A stretch of 64,000 nucleotides of DNA from Haplodiscus bocki (Eukaryota). The position numbers and the translations under genes were made by a program. The notes beneath the pieces were generated by a model that searched no databases, had not been told where the DNA came from, and saw only the letters and a list, made by a program, of their open reading frames with translations. The DNA is taken from positions 45,818,001 through 45,882,000 of the forward strand of contig OZ296651.1 in assembly GCA_965655095.1 (NCBI GenBank), given 5' to 3'. This document shows, one piece after another, positions 25,301 to 39,400 of this stretch. Each line of letters begins with the position of its first letter. Within the stretch, counting starts at the first letter, position 1.

Positions 25301-28300
25301 AAGTATCGCCAGCAATAACAACTGAAAACGCAGAGCATGCCGTATTTTTCATTAAAAGAGTCCTTAATAATGCCAAAGGAGGCCACTGTTGTGGTTGACC
25401 TTTCAGAAAAACTTGAAGTTTGAGCCTACTATAAATGATTTGTCTTTTTTGAGGTGTTGTACTATCCGCATGTTACCTTCTGTTTATCTAATTGTATTCA
25501 GTGAATTGGACTTTTGCTCAAAATTGCCAAAGACTGGAAAGTACGCCAGCATGTTCAGCAAGTAATACGTGAAGCCGCCGTGACACGCGCGTGGTGAGAT
25601 ACTGGACGATTTGCTTGAAAATCGTCAGGTTTTGTAGTGTCCGCGGTCGTCCGTCCGTTTACCTCTGCAAACCATTTGTTTTCGTCTTTTTCCTGATTTT
25701 TCTTCCTGCTCAACTAGGGCAATAATTATACTGATTTTTTCTACTAACTCCTACTGTTTTCCGTTCAATGAAAGTCCATGGAATAAATTTTCGTCTGATA
25801 GCTTTGTTCCAGATAACTGATGGCCACGCAATATCGAAAACCGCGAGTTTTTGGATGAAGGGTTGAACGCTTTGGAATTTGCGCTTGGCAAGTGAGAGAC
25901 AGTTATGAAGTTAGATGTTCTGCGGGTGCCAAGTTGCTGTCGACTAACAAAGTTGATAAGTTGTAAGGATTCAAAATGCAATGGAGAAGACACAGTTGAC
26001 TTTCTGGATCAACGGTAAATAGCCCTTTCTTGGGGACAATTTTGTTATCAGAAATTTGGGGGGGGGGACGAAAAAATGGAGACTTCAACTACATCTGGGC
26101 ATGGAACTGGGTCATCGTTTGCGTCACATAATGAACATTTACCGGAGGCAGAAAAGTCTCCCACATGCCCTATACTTCTACCGGCGGCGCTCGTGGCCCC
26201 TGATGGAATTAACAACTGAACTGAAAACGCAGGGTGTGCCGTAGATTGGATTTGAAGACTAGTTAATAATGCCAAAAGGGCCTTTTTTAATGTGGACTTT
26301 CCGGGTCAAGTTAAAGTTTAAGCTTAATAATAGTGATTGCGTTCTTTTTCGAAGTGGTTCCACTTTTGTTTCAAGAACCATCATCATCGATTTCCTCAAA
26401 ATTGGGTTTATCACTCGTTGTTTTGTGTCTTGATCAGATGAACCTGTTTTCAAACATCTGTGATTCGATTTTTCATTCAAGTGTGGGAACTAACAATACA
26501 GCCTATCGGCCACTATAACTGTCGACCGCACTAGTATATCCTATATATTGAAGATGCGAAACCCTGTCGGTTTGAGCAGAGTAAACTGATAGAACAAGAG
26601 GATTTTTCCACCCCAGAAGCTGTTATCAAACCAAGAACTCAATATGCTGAAAAAATATCAATATTTGGATCTGCAAAAAATGTTCTCGACACTTCTAACA
26701 GTTATTTTAGTACAGTTCAGAGAAACCGTAATGAATTTTGCTTTCACGCTTTTTAACTGGTGTTCAGAGGTACTCAACTCTCCAAATACCAGCTGAAAGT
26801 CACATTGAAAGTCACGCTAGGAGCACAGATATTAACCGACGAGTAGGCAAACGGTCAATTTTGGGCGCCATTTCGTTTTGAAATGAAACTGTAGACGTGC
26901 ATGTAGTTGATACTTACCCATGCAAAACTTATCTCAGTTCTGAAATTAAGAAGGCCTAAACCATAATCGCAGTAATTTAGTTCAAATAGACAATACAGAT
27001 AGAAAAGTTTTACAAAAAGCACAGATACACGCAAAACTGAGGACTCTTGCTTAAAGTCTGAAAATCACTTTTTGGCATGTGTAGATGAGTTATTGGAAAC
27101 CAATGACTCCGGTAACGTGATTTGCAATTGACAAATTGAGGCTTAAGTCTCAGCGGGTCAAGAGCTATGTTTTTCATTCACTTCATTTGAAATTTGTCGC
27201 TCCATAGGCGTCACATTGTACATAGTGAACGCGTATGGGCAGCCGAGGATTTTAATGCTGTTGTTAGGTATCCATAAGGTCTCCACCAAACGAAAATAAG
27301 GCCAGTTAGTGTACCAAAAACATGAAAAACTGTTTTGAATCGACTCACTTTTCGTGGCCGAAGAAATTACAAAGTTTCGAAAGTTTTCCCTAACTCCAAT
27401 TAAAATGTCACAAATTACTGTTTTTTGCTTGGCTGTGGCGATGTTGAACGAACTGATTTTGTTCTCTATGGAAAATGCTTTTTATAGCGTTTCATGTCAA
27501 ATTTCGGAAGTCCCAGATTTTGCGATAAAAGTTGGTCATTTTTTTTCGAACGTTCTGCATTCTTCTTTGGTCCTGATCCTTTTTTAATGTGTACGTTTGC
27601 AGCAAATAGGTGCTCATACGTGAAACCACCGCGACACGCTTGAAAATCACCTTGCTTGAAGATCATTCTCGACTTTATTTACAAAATTCAGAATATCCTT
27701 GGTCAAGGTCAGGTTGTCATAGACCTGCCTTATCTGACTCATTTCTCTCGTCTGGTTTTGTACTCTCCCTGATCATCCTTCTGTTTATCCATTTGTGTGA
27801 ATGAGATTGGACCTGTGCTAAAAACTGCTGAAACTTGGAATTTGCGCAACGTATTGAGCCATTAATCTAGGCTTTTCTGAATCGTTTCTTTCCTCTGAGC
27901 CAACAATGGTGGCCGTTTCTGTGAATTCCTTTCCCTCTGCAAAGCATATTGTTTTCAACTGTTCCCTGGTTTTTTCTTTCTGCTCAACTAGGCCAATGTT
28001 TAGACTGAGTTTTTCAACTGATTCCTACTGTTTTCCGTTCAATGAAAGTCCATGGAATAATTTTTTGTCCGAAGGCGTTTTTCCAGATAACTGATGCCCC
28101 GCAATTTTGAGAAACGCGATTTTTTTGGATGACGAGTTCGACGCTTTGGAATCCGCGCTGTACAAGTGACAGCGTAATATTGCTGGATGTTATGCTGGTG
28201 GCGAATTGCTGTCGGCTAACAAGGTTGGTACCCTCTATGGATTCAAAATGCGGTGAGAAAGACACAGTTGAATTTTTACAACAATTGTAACAGAGCTTTT

Positions 28301-31300
28301 TAGTGCTAGAATAGTCTTTACATCTTGGGGGATGACAAAATTGAGACTAAAAATGCATCTGGACACGGAATAGGGTCATCGCTTGCTTCACACAATAAAC
28401 ATTGACCGGAAGCGGATAAGTCTTGCCAGCAATAACAACTGAAAATGCAGCGCATGCCGTTTTCTTCAATAAAGGAATCCTTAATAATGCCAAAGGCGGC
28501 GACTGTTGTAGTTGACCTTTCAGAAAATCTTGAAGTTTGAGCCTACTATAAATGATGTCTTTTTTGAGGTGGACCTCTTTGTGTTTCAAGTACCACGATC
28601 ATCGCTTCCTTCGATATTGAGTTTCTCACTCAATATTTTGTATCTGTGATCGGATATCGCCTTTTCAAAACTTTGCAATTCCTTTTTTCGAAGTATGTGT
28701 GGGATCCGATGTCATTTCGCGGGTTACAAACGTGCTGAGGTGCTCATGATCTCTCCCAACGATGAGTTTACTGCTCAATTCCGAACCGTCACGCAAGAAG
28801 TGCACTGTCGAGGACCATTGAGTTTTCTATCGCTTTAAACTCGTGATCATTTAGTGTTCGATGGGCGGCTCCTCAAACAAATACACTATCTTAGTAAGTC
28901 AGTTACCGGCTTGGCCCCAAGATGTCAAAAGTATTGAGGATAGTCGTTCACCCAACGCATTCTTCGTTGTTCCGGTTCAGTTTCTCCCGTGTCGTGATTT
29001 TAAACTTCGAATGTATTTAGAAGGGAATATCTGACAATATACTGGCGAGATCTTTAGTTCACACCCCAGGAACACCGGTATTATCAAATTGGTAAAAAAA
29101 AATCTATTTCTGGGGGGGGAACTCACTTATAAATTGCTTGTTTCTTAAACAGGTTCGGTGGTAGTGCCGACTGTTTTCCCTGTCAGAATTCTGAACATCG
29201 ATTTTTCTGAGGGAATGTCTGGTAATATACTTTGGATATCTTCAGCCCTCACGCTAGGAACACAGATAATAGCCGATGTCTTGGCAAACAGTCAATTCTT
29301 GGCGCCATTTTGTTTTGAAATGAAACTGTGTAGACGTGTGTGTAGTTGATACGTACCTATACAAAATTTATTTCAGTGTTGAAATAAAGACGGCCTAAAC
29401 CATAATCGCAGTACTTTAGTTCAAATAGACAATACAGATAGAGAAGTTTTACGGAAAGCACAGATTAACGCAAAACTGATGAGTTTTGCTTAAAGTCTGA
29501 AAATCACTTTTTGGCATGTGTAGATAAGTTTTTGGAAACCAATAACCCCGGTAACGTGATTTGCAATTGACAAAGTGAGGCATAAGTCTCAGCGGGTCAA
29601 AAGCTATGTTTTTCATTCACTTCAACTGAAATATGTCGCTCCATAGGCGTCACATTGTACATAGTGAACGTGTATGGGCAGCCGAGGATTTTAATGCTGT
29701 TGTTAGGTATCCATAAGGTCTCCACCAAACGAAAATACGGCCAGTTAGTGTACGAAAAACATGAAAAACTGTTTTGAATCAACTCACTTTTCTTGGGCGG
29801 AAAGATTACAAAGTTCTGAAAGTTTTCCCTAACTCTAATTAAAATGTCGCAAATAACTGTATTTTGCTTGACTGTGGCGATTATGAACGAATTGATGTTG
29901 TTCTCTATGGAAAATGTTTTCTCGCGTTTCATGCCAAATTTCGAAAGTCCCAGATATTGCGGTAAAAGTTGGTCATCTTTTTCCAACGTTCTACATTCTT
30001 CTTTGGTCCTGATCCTTTTTTAAATTGTACTTCTGCAGCAAATAGGCCCTCTTACATAAAACCACCGAAACACGCATGAAAATCACTTTGCCTGAAAATC
30101 ACATTTCAACCTTATTTACTGAATTCAGAATATAATTGGTCAAGGTCAGGTTATCTTTGAGCTGCCTTATCTGACTCATTTCTCTCGTCTGGTTTTGTAC
30201 TCTCCCTGATCATCCTTCTGTTTATCCATTTGTGTGGATGAGATTGGACCTGTGCTAAAAACTGGTGAAACTTGGAATTTGCGCAACGTATTGAGCCATT
30301 AATCTAGGGTTTTCTGAATCGTTTCTTTCCTCTGAGCCAACAATGGTGGCCGTTTCTGTGAATTCCTTTCCCTCTGCAAAGCATATTGTTTTCAACTGTT
30401 CCCTGGTTTTTTCTTTCCGCTCAACTAGGCCAATGTTTAGACTGAGTTTTTCAAGTGATTCCTACTGTTTTCCGTTCAATGAAAGTCCATGGAATAATTT
30501 TTTGTCCGAAGGCGTTTTTCCAGATAACTGATGCCACCGCAATTTTGAGAAACGCGATTTTTTTGGATGACGAGTTCGACGCTTTGCAATCCGCGCTGTA
30601 CAAGTGACAGCGTAATATTGCTGGATGTTATGCTGGTGGCGAATTGCTGTCGGCTAACAAGGTTGGTACCCTCTATGGATTCAAAATGCGGTGAGAAAGA
30701 CAAAGTTGAATTTTTACAACAATTGTAACAGAGCTTTTTAGTGCTAGAATAGTCTTTACATCTTGGGGGATGACAAAATTGAGACTAAAAATGCTTCTGG
30801 ACACGGAACAGGGTCATCGTTTGCTTCACACAATAAACATTGACCGGAAGCGGATAAGTATCGCCAGCAATAACAACTGAAATCGCAGAGCATGCCGTAT
30901 TTTTTATTAAAGGAATCCTTAATAATGCCAAAGGAGGCCACTGTTGTAGTTGACCTTTCAGAAAAACTTGAAGTTTGAGCCTACTATAAATGATTTGTCT
31001 TTTTTGAGGTGTTGTACTATCCGCATGTTACCTTCTGTTTATCTAATTGTATTGAGTGAATTGGACTTTTGCTCAAAATTGCCAAAGATTGGAAAGTACG
31101 CCAGCATGTTCAGCAAGTAATACGTGTAGCCGCCGTGACACGCGCGTGGTGAGATACTGGACTATTTGCTTGAAAATCGTCAGGTTTTGTAGTGTCCGCG
31201 GTCGTCCGTCCGTTTACCTCTGCAAACCATCTTGTTTTCGTCTTTTTCCTGATTTTTCTTCCTGCTGAACTAGGGCAATAATTATACTGAGTTTTTCTAC

Positions 31301-34300
31301 TAACTCCTACTGTTTTCCGTTCAATGAAAGTCCATGGAATAAATTTTCGTCTGATAGCTTTGTTCCAGATAACTGATGGCCACGCAATATCGAAAACCGC
31401 GAGTTTTTGGATGTAGGGTTGAACGCTTTGGAATTTGCGCTTGGCAAGTGAGAGACAGTTATAAAGTTAGATGTTCTGCGGGTGCCAAATTGCTGTCGAC
31501 TAACAATGTTGATTACTTGTAAGGATTCAAATTGCAATGGAGAAGACACAGTTGACTTTCTGGATCAACGGTAAATGGCCTTTCTTTGGGACAATTTTGT
31601 TATCAGAAATTTGGGGGGGGGGGGACGAAAAAATGGAGACTTCAACTACATCTGGGCATGGAACTGGGTCATCGTTTGCGTCACATAATAAACATTTACC
31701 GGAGGCAGAAAAGTCTCCCACATGCCGTATACTTCTACCGGCGGCGCTCGTGGCCCATTATGGAAATAACAACTGAACTGAGAACGCAGTTTGTGCCGTA
31801 GATTGGATTTGAAGACTAGTTAATAATGCCAAAAGGGCTTTTTTTTTAATGTGGACTTTCCGGGTCAAGTTAAAGTTTAAGCTTAATAATAGTGATTGCG
31901 TTCTTTTTCGAAGTGGTTCCACTTTTGTTTCAAGAACCATCATCATCGATTTCCTCAAAATTGGGTTTATCACTCGTTGTTTTGTGTCTTGATCAGATGA
32001 ACCTGTTTTCAAGCATCTGTGATTCGATTTTTCATTCAAGTGTGGGAACTAACAATACAGCCTATCGGCCACTATAACTGTCGACCGAACTAGTATATCC
32101 TATATATTGAAGATGCGAAACCCTGTCGGTTTGACCAAAGTAAACTGAAAGAACAAGAGGATTTTTCTACCCCAGAAGCTGTTATCAAACCAAGAACTCA
32201 ATATGCTAAAAAAATATCAATTTTTGGATCTGCAAAAAATGTTCTCGACACTTGTAGCAGTTATTTTAGTACAGTTCAGAGAAACGGTAATGAATTTTGC
32301 TTTCACGCTTTTTAACTGGTGTTCAGAGGTACTCAACTCTCCAAATACCAGCTGAAAGTCACATTGAAAGTCACGCTAGGAGCACAGATATTAACCGACG
32401 AGTAGGCAAAGGGTTAATTTTGGGCGCCATTTGGTTTTGAAATGAAACTGTGTAGAAGTGTATGTAGTTGATACTTACCCATGCAAAACTTATCTCAGTT
32501 CTGAAATTAAGGAGGCCTAAACCATAATCGCAGTAATTTAGTTCAAATAGACAATACAGATAGAAAAGTTTTACAAAAAGCACAGATACTTGCAAAACTG
32601 AGGACTTTTGCTTGAAGTCTGAAAATCACTTTTTGGCATGTGTAGATAAGTTATTGGAAACCAATGACTCCGGTAACGTGATTTGCAATTGACAAAGTGA
32701 GGCATAAGTCTCAGCGGGTCAAAAGCTATGTTTTTCGTTCACTTCAACTGAAATTTGTCGCTCCATAGGCGTCACATTGTACATAGTGAACGCGTATGGG
32801 CAGCCGAGGATTTTAATGCTTGTGTTAGTTATCCATAAGGTCTCCACCAGACGAAAATAAGGCCAGTTAGTGTACCAAAAACATGAAAAACTGTTTTGAC
32901 TCGACTCACTTTTCGTGGCCGAAGAAATTACAAAGTTTCCAAAGTTTTCCCTAACTCCAATTAAAATGTCACATATTACTGTTTTTTGCTTGGCTGTGGC
33001 GATGTTGAACGCATTGATTTTGTTCTCTATGGAAAATGCTTTTTTATAGCGTTTCATGTCAAATTTTGGAAGTCCCAGATTTTGCGGTAAAAGTTGGTTA
33101 TCATTTTTTTTCGAACGTTCTACATTCTTCTGTGGTCCTGATCCTTTTTTAATCTGTACTTTTGCTGCAAATAGGAGCTCTTACGTGAAACCACCGCGAC
33201 ACGCTTGAAAATCACCTTGCTTGAAGATCATTCTCGACTTTATTTACAAAATTCAGAATATCCTTGGTCAATGTCAGGTTGTCGTGGACCTGCCTTATCT
33301 GACTCATTTCTCTCGTCTGGTTTTGTACTCTCCCTGATCATCCTTCTGTTTATCCATTTGTGTGGATGAGATTGGACCTGTGCTAAAAACTGGTGAAACT
33401 TGGAATTTGCGCAACGTATTGAGCCATTAATCTAGGGTTTTCTGAATCGTTTCTTTCCTCTGAGCCAACAATGGTGGCCGTTTCTGTGAATTCCTTTCCC
33501 TCTGCAAAGCATATTGTTTTCAACTGTTCCCTGGTTTTCTCTTTCTACTCAACTAGGCCAATGTTTAGACTTAATTTTTCAACTGAATCCGACTGTTTTC
33601 CGTTCAATGAAAGTCCATGGAATAATTTTTTGTCCGAAGGCGTTTTTCTAGATAACTGATGCCCCTGCAATTTCGAGAAACGCGATTTTATTGAATGACG
33701 AGTTGGACGCTTTGGAATACCCGCTGTACAAGTGACAGAGCGTAATAATGCTGGATGTTATGCTGGTAGCGAATTGCTCTCGACTAACAATGTTGGTACC
33801 GTCTGTGGGTTGAAAATGCGGTGAGAAAGACACAGTTGATTTTTACAACAATTGTAACAGGGCTTTTCAGTGCTGAAATAGTTTTTACATCTTGGGGGAT
33901 GACAAAATTGAGACTAAAAATACATCTGGACACGGAACAGGGTCATCGATTCCTTCACACAATTAACATTGACCGGAAGCGGATAAGTATCGCCAGCAAT
34001 AACAACTGAAAACGCAGAGCATGCCGTATTTTTTATTAAAAGAATCCTTAATAATGCCAAAGGAGGCCACTGTTGTAGTTGACCTTTCAGAAAAACTTGA
34101 AGTTTGAGCCTACTATAAATGATTTGTCTTTTTTGAGGTGTTGTACTTTCCGCATGTTACCTTCTGTTTATCTAATCGTATTGAGTGAATTGGACTTTTG
34201 CTCAAAATTGCCAAAGACTGGAAAGTACGCCAGCATGTTCAGCAAGTAATACGTGAAGCCGCCGTGACACGCGCGTGATGAGATACTGGACGATTTGCTT

Positions 34301-36414
34301 GAAAATCGTCAGGTTTTGTAGTGTCCGCGGTCGTCCGTCCGTTTACCTCTGCAAACCATCTTGTTTTCGTCTTTTTCCTGATTTTTCTTCCTGCTCAACT
34401 AGGGCAATAATTATACTGAATTTTTATACTAACTCCTACTGTTTTCCGTTCAATGAAAGTCCATGGAATAAATTTTCGTCTGATAGCTTTGTTCCAGATA
34501 ACTGATGGCCACGCAATATCGAAAACCGCGAGTTTTTGGATGTAGGGTTGAACGCTTTGGAATTTGCGCTTGGCAAGTGAGAGACAGTTATAAAGTTAGA
34601 TGTTCTGCGGGTGCCAAGTTGCTGTCGACAAACAATGTTGATAACTTGTAAAGGATTCAAAATGCAATGGATAAGACACAGTTGACTTTCTGGATCAACG
34701 GTAAATGGCCCTTTCTTTGGGACAATTTTGTTATCGGAAATTTGGGGGGGGGGGGACGAAAAAATGGAGACTTCAACTACATCTGGGCATGGAACTGGGT
34801 CATCGTTTGCGTCACATAATAAACATTTACCGGAGGCAGAAAAGTCTCCCACATGCCCTATACTTCTACCGGCGGCGCTCGTGACCCATGATGGAAATAA
34901 CAACTGAACTGAGAACGCAGGGTGTGCCGTAGATTGGATTTGAAGACTAGTTAATAATGCCAAAAGGGCTTTTTTTAATGTGGACTTTCCGGGTCAAGTT
35001 AAAGTTTAAGCTTAATAATAGTGGTTGCGTTCTTTTTCGAAGTGGTTCCACTTTTGTTTCAAGAACCATCATCATCGATTTCCTCAAAATTGGGTTTATC
35101 ACTCGTTTTGTGTCTTGATCAGATGAACCTGTTTTCAAACATCTGTGATTCGATTTTTCATTCAAGTGTGGGAACTAACAATAAAGCCTATCGGCCACTA
35201 TAACTGTCGACCGCACTAGTATATCCTATATATTGAAGATGCGAAACCCTGTCGGTTTGAGCAGAGTATTGATAGAACAAGAACTGATAGAACAAGAGGA
35301 TTTTTCCACCCCAGAAGCTGTTATCAAACCAAGAACTCAATATGCTGAAAAAATATCAATATTTGGATCTGCAAAAATTGGTCTCGACACTTGTAACAGT
35401 TATTTTAGTACAGTTCAGAGAAACGTAAAGAATTTTGCTTTCACGCTTTTTAACTGGTGTTCAGAGGTACTCAACTCTCCAAATACCAGCTGAAAGCCAA
35501 ACATTGTAAATCACGCTAGGAGCACAGATATTAACCGACGAGTAGGCAAACGGTCAATTTTGGGCGACATTTTGTTTTGAAATGAAACTGTGTAGACTTG
35601 CATGTAGTTGATACTTACCCATGCAAAACTTATCTCAGTTCTGAAATTAAGAAGGCCTAAACCATAATCGCAGTAATTTAGTTCAAATAGACAATACAGA
35701 TAGAAAAGTTTTACAAAAAGCACAGATACACGCAAAACTGAGGACTTTTGCTTAAAGTCTGAAAATCACTTTTTGGCATGTGTAGATAAGTTATTGGAAA
35801 CCAATGACTCCGGTAACGTGATTTGCAATTGACAAAGTGAGGCATAAGTCTCAGCGGGTCAAAAGCTATGTTTTTCATTCACTTCAACTGAAATTTGTCG
35901 CTCCATAGGCGTCACATTGTACATATTGAACGCGTATGGGCAGCCGAGGATTTTAATGCTGTTGTTAGGTATCCATAAGGTCTCCACCAAACGAAAATAA
36001 GGCCAGTTAGTGTACCAAAAACATGAAAAACTGTTTTGAATCGACTCACTTTTCGTGGCCGAAGAAATTACAAAGTTTCGAAAGTTTTCCCTAACTCCAA
36101 TTAAAATGTCACAAATTACTGTTTTTTGCTTGGCTGTGGCGATGTTGAACGAACTGATTTTGTTGTCTATGGAAAATGCTTTTTTATAGCGTTTCATGTC
36201 AAATTTCGGAAGTCCCAGATTTTGCGGTAAAAGTTGGTCATTTTTTTTCGAACGTTCTACATTCTTCTTTGGTCCTGATCCTTTTTTAATCTGCACGTTT
36301 GCAGCAAATAGGTGCTCATACGTGAAACCACCGCGACACGCTTGAAAATCACCTTGCTTGAAGATCATTCTCGACTTTATTTACAAAATTCAGAATATCC
36401 TTGGTCAAGGTCAG
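13369..36414. repeat. mixed sub-array: five ~3.13-kb units (P-Q-R-S), one 1067-bp, two 1953-bp and one 2437-bp unit
   Basis: Successive marker spacings are 3130, 1067, 3129, 1953, 1953, 3120, 2437, 3128, 3137. Long units carry the poly-G Q module and the R module (ORF MIAFFFEVV... at 15099, 19303, 26333, 31892, 35021). Confidence 0.93.
35859..36368 (-). pseudogene. longest open copy (169 aa) of the S-module reading frame, unknown function
   Basis: The same frame (..NIATAKQKTVICDILIGVRENF..WYTNWPYFRLVETLWIPNN..VEVNEKHSF) is open for 112-169 aa in about eleven units. Related words occur in the divergent copy near 11550-12030. Confidence 0.5.
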
Positions 36415-39400
36415 GTTGTCATAGACCTGCCTTTTCTGACTCATTTCTCTCGTCTGGTTTTGTACTCTCCCTGATCATCCTTCTGTTTATCCATTTGTGT
36501 GAATGAGGTTGGACCTGTGCTAAAAACTGCTGAAACTTGGAATTTGCGCAACGTATTGAGCCATTAATCTAGGCTTTTCTGAATCGTTTCTTTCCTCTGA
36601 GCCAACAATGGTGGCCGTTTCTGTGAATTCCTTTCCCTCTGCAAAGCATATTGTTTTCAACTGTTCCCTGGTTTTTTCTTTCTGCTCAACTAGGCCAATG
36701 TTTAGACTCCATTTTTCAACTGATTCCTACTGTTTTCCGTTCAATGAAAGTCCATGGAATAATTTTTTGTCCGAAGGCGTTTTTCCAGATAACTGATGCC
36801 CCCGCAATTTTGAGAAACGAGATTTTTTTGGATGACGAGTTCGACGCTTTGGAATACGCGCTGTACAAGTGACAGCGTAATATTGCTGGATGTTATGCTG
36901 GTGGCGAATTGCTGTCGACTAACAAGGTTGGTTCCCTCTATGGATTCAAAATGCGGTGAGAAAGACACAGTTGAATTTTTACAACAATTGTAACCGAGCT
37001 TTTTAGTGCTAGAATAGTCTTTACATCTTGGGGGATGACAAAATTGAGACTAAAAATGCATCTGGACACGGAACAGGGTCATCGCTTGCTTCACACAATA
37101 AACATTGACCGGAAGCGGATAAGTCTTGCCAGCAATAACAACTGAAAATGCAGCGCATGCCGTTTTCTTCATTAAAGGAATCCTTAATAATGCCAAAGGC
37201 GGCCACTGTTGTAGTTGACCTTTCAGAAAATCTTGAAGTTTGAGCCTACTATAAATGATTTGTCTTTTTTGAGTTGGACCTCTTTGTGTTTCAAGTACCA
37301 CGATCATCGATTCCTTCGATATTGAGTTTCTCACTCAATATTTTGTATCTGTGATCGGATATCGCCTTTTCAAAACTTTGCAATTCCTTTTTTCGAAGTA
37401 TGTGTGGGATCCGATGTCATTTCGCGGGTTACAAACGTGCTGAGGTGCTAATGATCTCTCCCAACGATGAGTTTACTGCTCAATTCCGAACCGTCACGCA
37501 AGAAGTGCACTGTCGAGGACCATTGAGTTTTCTATCGCTTTAAACTCGTGATCATTTAGTGTTCGATGGGCGGCTCCTCAAACAAATACACTACCTTAGT
37601 AAGTCAGTTACCGGCTTGGCCCCAAGATGTCAAAAGTATTGAGGTTAGTCGTTCACCCAACGCATTCTTCGTTGTTCCGGTTCAGTTTCTCCCGTGTCGT
37701 GATTTTAAACTTCGAATGTATTTAGAAGGGAATATCTGACAATATACTGGCGAGATCTTTAGTTCACACCCCAGGAACACCGGTAATATCAAATTGGTTA
37801 AAAAATCTATTTCTGGGGAGGAACTCACTTATAAATTGCTTGTTTCTTAAACAGGTTCGGTGGTAGTGCCGACTGTTTTCCCTGTCAGAATTCTGAACAT
37901 CGATTTTTCTCAGGGAATGTCTGGTAATATACTTTGGATATCTTCAGCCCTCACGCTAGGAACACAGATAATAGCCGATGTGTTGGCAAACAGTCATTTC
38001 TTGGCGCCATTTTGTTTTGAAATGAAACTGTGTAGACGTGCGTGTAGTTGATACATAACTATACAAAATTTATTTCAGTGTTGAAATCAAGACGGCCTAA
38101 ACCATAATCGCAGTAATTTAGTTCAAATAGACAATACAGATAGAAAAGTTTTACAAAAAGCACAGATACGCGCAAAACTGAGGACTTTTGCTTAAAGTCT
38201 GAAAATCACTTTTTGGCATGTGTAGATAAGTTATTGGAAACCAATGACTCCGGTAACGTGATATGCAATTGACAAAGTGAGGCATAATTCTCAGCGGGTC
38301 AAAAGCTATGTTTTTCATTCACTTCAACTGAAATTTGTCGCTCCATAGGCGTCACATTGTACATAGTGAACGCGTATGGGCCGCCGAGGATTTTAATGCT
38401 GTTGTTAGGTATCCATAAGGTCTCCACCAAACGAAAATAAGGCCAGTTAGTGTACCAAAAACATGAAAAACTGTTTTGAATCAACTCACTTTTCGTGGCC
38501 GAAGAAATTACAAAGTTTCGAAAGTTTTCCCTAACTCCAATTAAAATGTCACAAATTACTGTTTTTTGCTTGGCTGTGGCGATGTTGAACGAACTGATTT
38601 TGTTCTCTATGGAAAATGCTTTTTTATAGCGTTTCATGTCAAATTTCGGAAGTCCCAGATTTTGCGGTAAAAGTTGGTCATTTTTTTTCGAACGTTCTAC
38701 ATTCTTCTTTGGTCCTGATCCTTTTTTAATCTGTACGTTCGCAGCAAATAGGTGCTCTTACGTGAAACCACCGCGACACGCCTGAAAATCACCTTGCTTG
38801 AAGATCATTCTCGACTTTATTTACAAAATTCAGAATAACCTTGGTCAGGGTCAGGTTGTCATAGACCTGCCTTATCTGACTCATTTCTCTCGTCTGGTTT
38901 TGTACTCTCCCTGATCATCCTTCTGTTTATCCATTTGTGTGGATGAGATTGGACCTGTGCTAAAAACTGCTGAAACTTGGAATTTGCGCAACGTATTGAG
39001 CCATTAATCTAGGCTTTTCTGAATCGTTTCTTTAGTCTGAGCCAACAATGGTGGCCGTTTCTGTGAATTCCTTTCCCTCTACAAAGCATATTGTTTTCAA
39101 CTGTTCCCTGGTTTTTTCTTTCTGCTCAACTAGGCCAATGTTTAGACTGAGTTTTTCGACTGATTCCTACTGTTTTCCGTTCAATGAAAGTCCATGGAAT
39201 AATTTTTTGTCCGAAGGCGTTTTTCCAGATAACTGATGCCCCCGCAATTTTGAGAAACGCGATTTTTTTGGATGACGAGTTCGACGCTTTGGAATACGCG
39301 CTGTACAAGTGACAGCGTAATATTGCTGGTTGTTATGCTGGTGGCGAATTGCTGTCGACTAACAAGGTTGGTACCCTCTATGGATTCAAAATGCGGTGAG

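Noticed and set aside
35270-35297. 13-bp local duplication TGATAGAACAAGA opening an 86-aa plus-strand ORF
   Set aside because: A private slippage event in one unit with no sign of function.
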